Shown here in pieces: positions 60,157 to 64,000 of a DNA stretch of 64,000 nt. This DNA is from Oligoflexia bacterium. GTDB lineage: Bacteria > Bdellovibrionota > UBA1018. The notes beneath the pieces were generated by a model. That model made no database searches. It had not been told where the DNA came from and saw only the letters and a program-made list of their open reading frames with translations. The position numbers were made by a program, and so were the translations under genes. The stretch lies in the NCBI GenBank assembly GCA_963758495.1, contig CAVWVI010000001.1:64001-128000 (forward strand), read 5' to 3'. Position 1 is the first letter of the stretch. Each line of letters starts with the position of its first letter.

Positions 60157-61770
60157 GTGATGAAAAGGAAAAGCATGCTGACACCCATAAGAATTTGCTC
60201 CAGTGCTGAAATGAGAGAATTAGACCTTGTAGCTGAAAGAGACTACGACATTGAAGCTCATTTACTGATGGAAAATGCAGGTAGAGCTGCCGTTCAAATT
60301 CTGCTGGAAAGATTTCCAAATGCAGGAAGAACGACTGAAATTTTGATTTTTACGGGTAAGGGAAATAATGCTGGAGATGCATTTGTAGTTGCCCGCAGGC
60401 TCCTTTGCTTAGAGCGAAAAGTGAGAATCTTTCACCTGCAAGGCGAAGTGGGATATAAAGGTGCAACTCTAAAAAACTTTCAAATCTTGAAAAGAATGAA
60501 GGCGAAGCTCACTCACCTAGAGACTTCGTCCGATCTTCAAGAGTTTTTTCAAAGCTCCTCTGGACCTTTCACCCTTATAGATGGAATCCTAGGAACTGGA
60601 TTAAAGTCGCAGCTCGAAGGAATTTTTTACGAAGTAGTCGAAATCATCAATGGCCTGAATTCCACTGAAGTCGTCGCTTTAGATATTCCAACGGGAGTGA
60701 GCGGTGATACAGGCGCAATTCAAGGTACATCGATATTAGCCACCCTGACGATTTCATTTGGTTTCCCCAAATTAGGTCATTTTTTGCCACCAGGTGCTGC
60801 ACGACGGGGAGAACTGATTAACGTAGATATTTCCTTGCCACCCAAATTCCGAAGGGAAGGCAATAAATATCTACTGATGAAAAATCCTATGAGTGCTCTT
60901 TTAAAAGAGCGTGATCGATACGGCCACAAGAATTCTTTTGGCCATACTCTCCTTGTGGGTGGAAGCCCAGGCCGTCTGGGTGCAATTTCTATGGCAGCTC
61001 GGGCTTGCCACAAAATGGGAACAGGATTAGTCACTGTCGCAAGTTGGTTAGACGGTTTTGAAACTCTTCTCAATCGACTCCCGTGTGAAACCATGGCTGT
61101 GCCACTTCATTTAGAAGGTCCAGACTATGAGCTCTATAAAAAAAGCCTTCCTACTTATTCAAGCATTGTTTTGGGACCTGGCATGGGCTTACGCACAGAT
61201 GGAAAGCAACTCATAGAGGAACTGCTCAGTTATTACCCTGGACCCCTGGTGATCGATGCAGATGCATTGAATTTAGTAGCCGATTACAAGCTTCATCAAC
61301 AGCTTTTAGATCGCGGTGCTCCCACGGTCTTGACTCCTCATCCAGGGGAAATGGCAAGACTCTTAGGAATCAGCAAAGAAGATGTTCTCGCTGATCCTAT
61401 TCAAGCCGTACGGAATGCAGTCGAACTCACTCATGCAATTGTACTTCTGAAAGGAGCAGCGACGTTAATTAGCTCCACGGAAGATATCCTCTATTTAAAT
61501 CATTATCCAAATGATGGAATGGCGACAGCCGGGAGCGGTGACGTCTTAGCGGGAATGATCGGGGGATTACTGGGTCAAAAAATGGACCCATTCCAAGCCA
61601 CTTTGCTTGGAGTCTATCTTCATAGCTTAGCAGGAGATATTGCAGCCCAAAAATTTGGACACCGGAGCATGACCGCTCCTGACATTATTGAGAATATTGG
61701 AAATGCCTTCAAAGACCTTAAAGCCGCAGAGCTCTCCATTCCTATGGAAGGCCGCATCAAACTGCTCTGA
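60157..61770 (+). CDS. nnr: Bifunctional NAD(P)HX epimerase/dehydratase
   Basis: LMENAG, GKGNNAGDA, DIPTG, LTPHPGEMARL and ATAGSGDVLAG. Confidence 0.93.
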   Translation: MMKRKSMLTPIRICSSAEMRELDLVAERDYDIEAHLLMENAGRAAVQILLERFPNAGRTTEILIFTGKGNNAGDAFVVARRLLCLERKVRIFHLQGEVGYKGATLKNFQILKRMKAKLTHLETSSDLQEFFQSSSGPFTLIDGILGTGLKSQLEGIFYEVVEIINGLNSTEVVALDIPTGVSGDTGAIQGTSILATLTISFGFPKLGHFLPPGAARRGELINVDISLPPKFRREGNKYLLMKNPMSALLKERDRYGHKNSFGHTLLVGGSPGRLGAISMAARACHKMGTGLVTVASWLDGFETLLNRLPCETMAVPLHLEGPDYELYKKSLPTYSSIVLGPGMGLRTDGKQLIEELLSYYPGPLVIDADALNLVADYKLHQQLLDRGAPTVLTPHPGEMARLLGISKEDVLADPIQAVRNAVELTHAIVLLKGAATLISSTEDILYLNHYPNDGMATAGSGDVLAGMIGGLLGQKMDPFQATLLGVYLHSLAGDIAAQKFGHRSMTAPDIIENIGNAFKDLKAAELSIPMEGRIKLL

Positions 61771-62200
61771 GACAGAGCTTTCTGAAATTGCCTTGAGTTT
61801 GGCTCAAGAGCTCAAGCTAGGGGATCGTGTATTTTTAGAAGGCCCTATGGGAAGTGGGAAAACGACCTTGACTCGATCCCTTCTTTTGGGATTGGGAATC
61901 CATCAACCCCCTGAAGGCAGTCCTACTTTTGCGATCGCTCATGAATACGAGGCTCCTATCGGAGGAATTATTCACATTGATTTCTACCGAATTCACTCTG
62001 AATATGAAATCGATGAAGCCGGTATCTCCTCTTATTATTGGGAACGTCATTTAATTGTGATTTCGGAATGGATTTCATCCTGGCCTGAATTTTCCGATCG
62101 AGTTTCAAAAACTGGAAGGACTTGGCATGTGTCACTTTCCTTCGTGCCAGAAAGTGACCAGGCACGTGAGGTCCGTATTCTGCGCTCAGAAGTAAAATGA
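61703..62200 (+). CDS. tsaE: tRNA threonylcarbamoyladenosine biosynthesis ATPase TsaE; start uncertain
   Basis: LEGPMGSGKTTL, SPTF, HIDFYR and ISEW; follows nnr. Confidence 0.9.
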   Translation: MPSKTLKPQSSPFLWKAASNCSETELSEIALSLAQELKLGDRVFLEGPMGSGKTTLTRSLLLGLGIHQPPEGSPTFAIAHEYEAPIGGIIHIDFYRIHSEYEIDEAGISSYYWERHLIVISEWISSWPEFSDRVSKTGRTWHVSLSFVPESDQAREVRILRSEVK

Positions 62201-62244
62201 AGTAAAATGAAGCAAAACAAGGTAGTTTCTTTACAATGCTTACT

Positions 62245-63945
62245 CTAGCGGTGACCACGCACTTGAAGTTGAAACTGATGAATAGGCAGAAGCTTGCTCA
62301 GAAAAGGTGTGATGTCATCATAGACATCGTTGAAAGGGATTTTATCTTTTGCGGGTAGCGCTAAAGCTTGAAAATGATACTCAAGAGGCTTATTGGTGAG
62401 AATGCCACTATCGATGATTTCCGCATCAGTCCCAAAGCTTGTGAGTTTACTATCCTTGAATCTAATTCGGTCGATCCAAACTCGATTGGATAAATCTTTG
62501 GCCATGTGCCACTCCACAAGCCTTCCATCCAAGTGACTTTCAAATACTTGAACTGTGACGTCATTGCCTTTAATTTTATCGCCCGCTCTTAAAGTTCTAC
62601 TGGGGTCATTTTCTGAAAGAAGGAGGTGTGACGTCTGGTATGTCCTTACAGGTAGAGTCTTGAAGTCAGGGAAAAAGTCATGCAGGGGCTGTTTGTGATC
62701 GACTCCTGCAGGCCCTGAATGCCCTGAATAAATCATATCTGAGATCTCTGCATTGACTTGATCTAGGTACTCGTCGAAGTTGGGTATGGACTCTTGATCT
62801 CTATAAGTTTTATCAAAACAAAATCCAGGACGGCATTTTTGAAAAAAGGATAAATACCCCTTGTCGTCATAAAAGTGAGACTCTTCTTCAAAGCTAAATA
62901 GAGCTTTGAATTTTTCATTATTCTGATCTTCATATTTGTTTGGATCAAAATACTTAAGTACCTCATAGGCACTCTGATCTGAGCACTGCATTACAGTATT
63001 ATCGAGTGAATCATCCAAAAACCGAAAAAGGGTCTCATCTAATTTAGTTTGCTGGGTATAGTGAAACCGAATTTCACTTAGTTTCCCGTCATTTTGAACT
63101 AAAATAAATCCTAAATTTTGGTCTGCATTTTTGTCTGAATTTTGAAACGTCAATTGATGTAATGCTACTGCCGTCTTGTAGCCAAATTTTCCAAAGTAGC
63201 TACTATTTATATTTGTTTTATTTAGAACGATATAAGGGGCGACCCGCCAACCTCCGTCAGAGAAAGACTGATAAAGGAGCCGCGGAATAACTGGTTTACC
63301 TGCAACGGCTTCATACATAATGCGGATAGGATTTCTATTACCGGTAATAATCGAAGAAAATCCAAAGTATTTGTCTTTTATATGAATGACTTCCTTTGGG
63401 TTGGGGCGGCATTGTTTCAGTTGCAACAAATTGAAGGTGGTTTGACTGGGTGAATACCATGCTCCAAACCGAGCTTGAATTGCAGTGAGTGCCGCTACAA
63501 CGGCCTTATGAACAATGGGACTTGGATCCTTTAACGCCACGACCAAGGCAATATGAACCCTGAAATCACTGGGTATGATTTCACCCAATATCCATGCAGC
63601 ATGATACCGAACCCGAGGATTCTCATCTCTCAAAGCCTCAACTAACGCAAGTTGAACCTTGGGATGACTGGGCTTGAGGTGACCCAATGCTGTTGCAGCA
63701 GCATCCCGAACATCAAATCTCTGATCTTTCATGGCCTCGACTAGCGCAAGTTGGGTTTTGAGGTCACTGGACTTACTGCGATCCAACATCCTTATAGCAT
63801 AATGCCGAACTTCGGGACTCTGATCTTTCAAAGCATCGAGTAGCCCCACCGCCGAGGATAGGTTGCAAAAAAATAGGCTGCAAAGAAAAATAATCCCTGC
63901 ATGAATCGTTAGAACTCGTTTTAGAATGATCAAGGTAATCCTCAA
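62245..63945 (-). CDS. Secreted HEAT-repeat protein with an uncharacterised C-terminal domain
   Basis: Signal peptide; four L..AL.D….VR..AA HEAT-like repeats; ~400-aa unassigned region. Confidence 0.7.
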   Translation of the reverse strand: MRITLIILKRVLTIHAGIIFLCSLFFCNLSSAVGLLDALKDQSPEVRHYAIRMLDRSKSSDLKTQLALVEAMKDQRFDVRDAAATALGHLKPSHPKVQLALVEALRDENPRVRYHAAWILGEIIPSDFRVHIALVVALKDPSPIVHKAVVAALTAIQARFGAWYSPSQTTFNLLQLKQCRPNPKEVIHIKDKYFGFSSIITGNRNPIRIMYEAVAGKPVIPRLLYQSFSDGGWRVAPYIVLNKTNINSSYFGKFGYKTAVALHQLTFQNSDKNADQNLGFILVQNDGKLSEIRFHYTQQTKLDETLFRFLDDSLDNTVMQCSDQSAYEVLKYFDPNKYEDQNNEKFKALFSFEEESHFYDDKGYLSFFQKCRPGFCFDKTYRDQESIPNFDEYLDQVNAEISDMIYSGHSGPAGVDHKQPLHDFFPDFKTLPVRTYQTSHLLLSENDPSRTLRAGDKIKGNDVTVQVFESHLDGRLVEWHMAKDLSNRVWIDRIRFKDSKLTSFGTDAEIIDSGILTNKPLEYHFQALALPAKDKIPFNDVYDDITPFLSKLLPIHQFQLQVRGHR

Positions 63946-64000
63946 GGAGCTTGAATTGCAGAAATCATTTCCCTCACAGCTTGCTCTAATCCTACAAAAA

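Overview
Bacterial chromosomal window of moderately low GC. Gene content suggests Bdellovibrionota/Oligoflexia or a related deltaproteobacterial lineage (inference only). The right third is mostly core genes: yfgM-like/bamB, rnc-era-der, Rrf2-iscS-mnmA-mtaB and nnr-tsaE. The rest is accessory-rich. (1) A CdiA/filamentous-haemagglutinin-like polymorphic toxin with an Ntox21-type tip, its immunity gene and two orphan toxin/immunity modules, preceded by a signal-peptide tail-collar gene rather than cdiB. (2) A Fur-family divergon with a palindromic box, a stand-alone Cys-motif-free ribosomal S4 paralog and a DUF6607-like protein. (3) A sigma-54-preceded acyltransferase + heme-oxygenase-like diiron enzyme operon, flanked by an XRE HTH gene and a stand-alone PAS-like gene, a candidate undescribed signal/metabolite system. 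(4) Secreted eukaryote-like proteins, most strikingly an ankyrin + RING-IBR-RING (RBR) ubiquitin-ligase-like protein. (5) A second secreted PT-TG toxin/immunity pair. (6) An intact IS630, a 165-bp MITE with an 8-bp target duplication, and a Phd-VapC module bracketed by ~57-bp inverted repeats. Several small frameshifts, including one in era, probably reflect assembly errors. No rRNA, tRNA or CRISPR array was recognised. All family assignments come from motif recognition by eye, not database searches.
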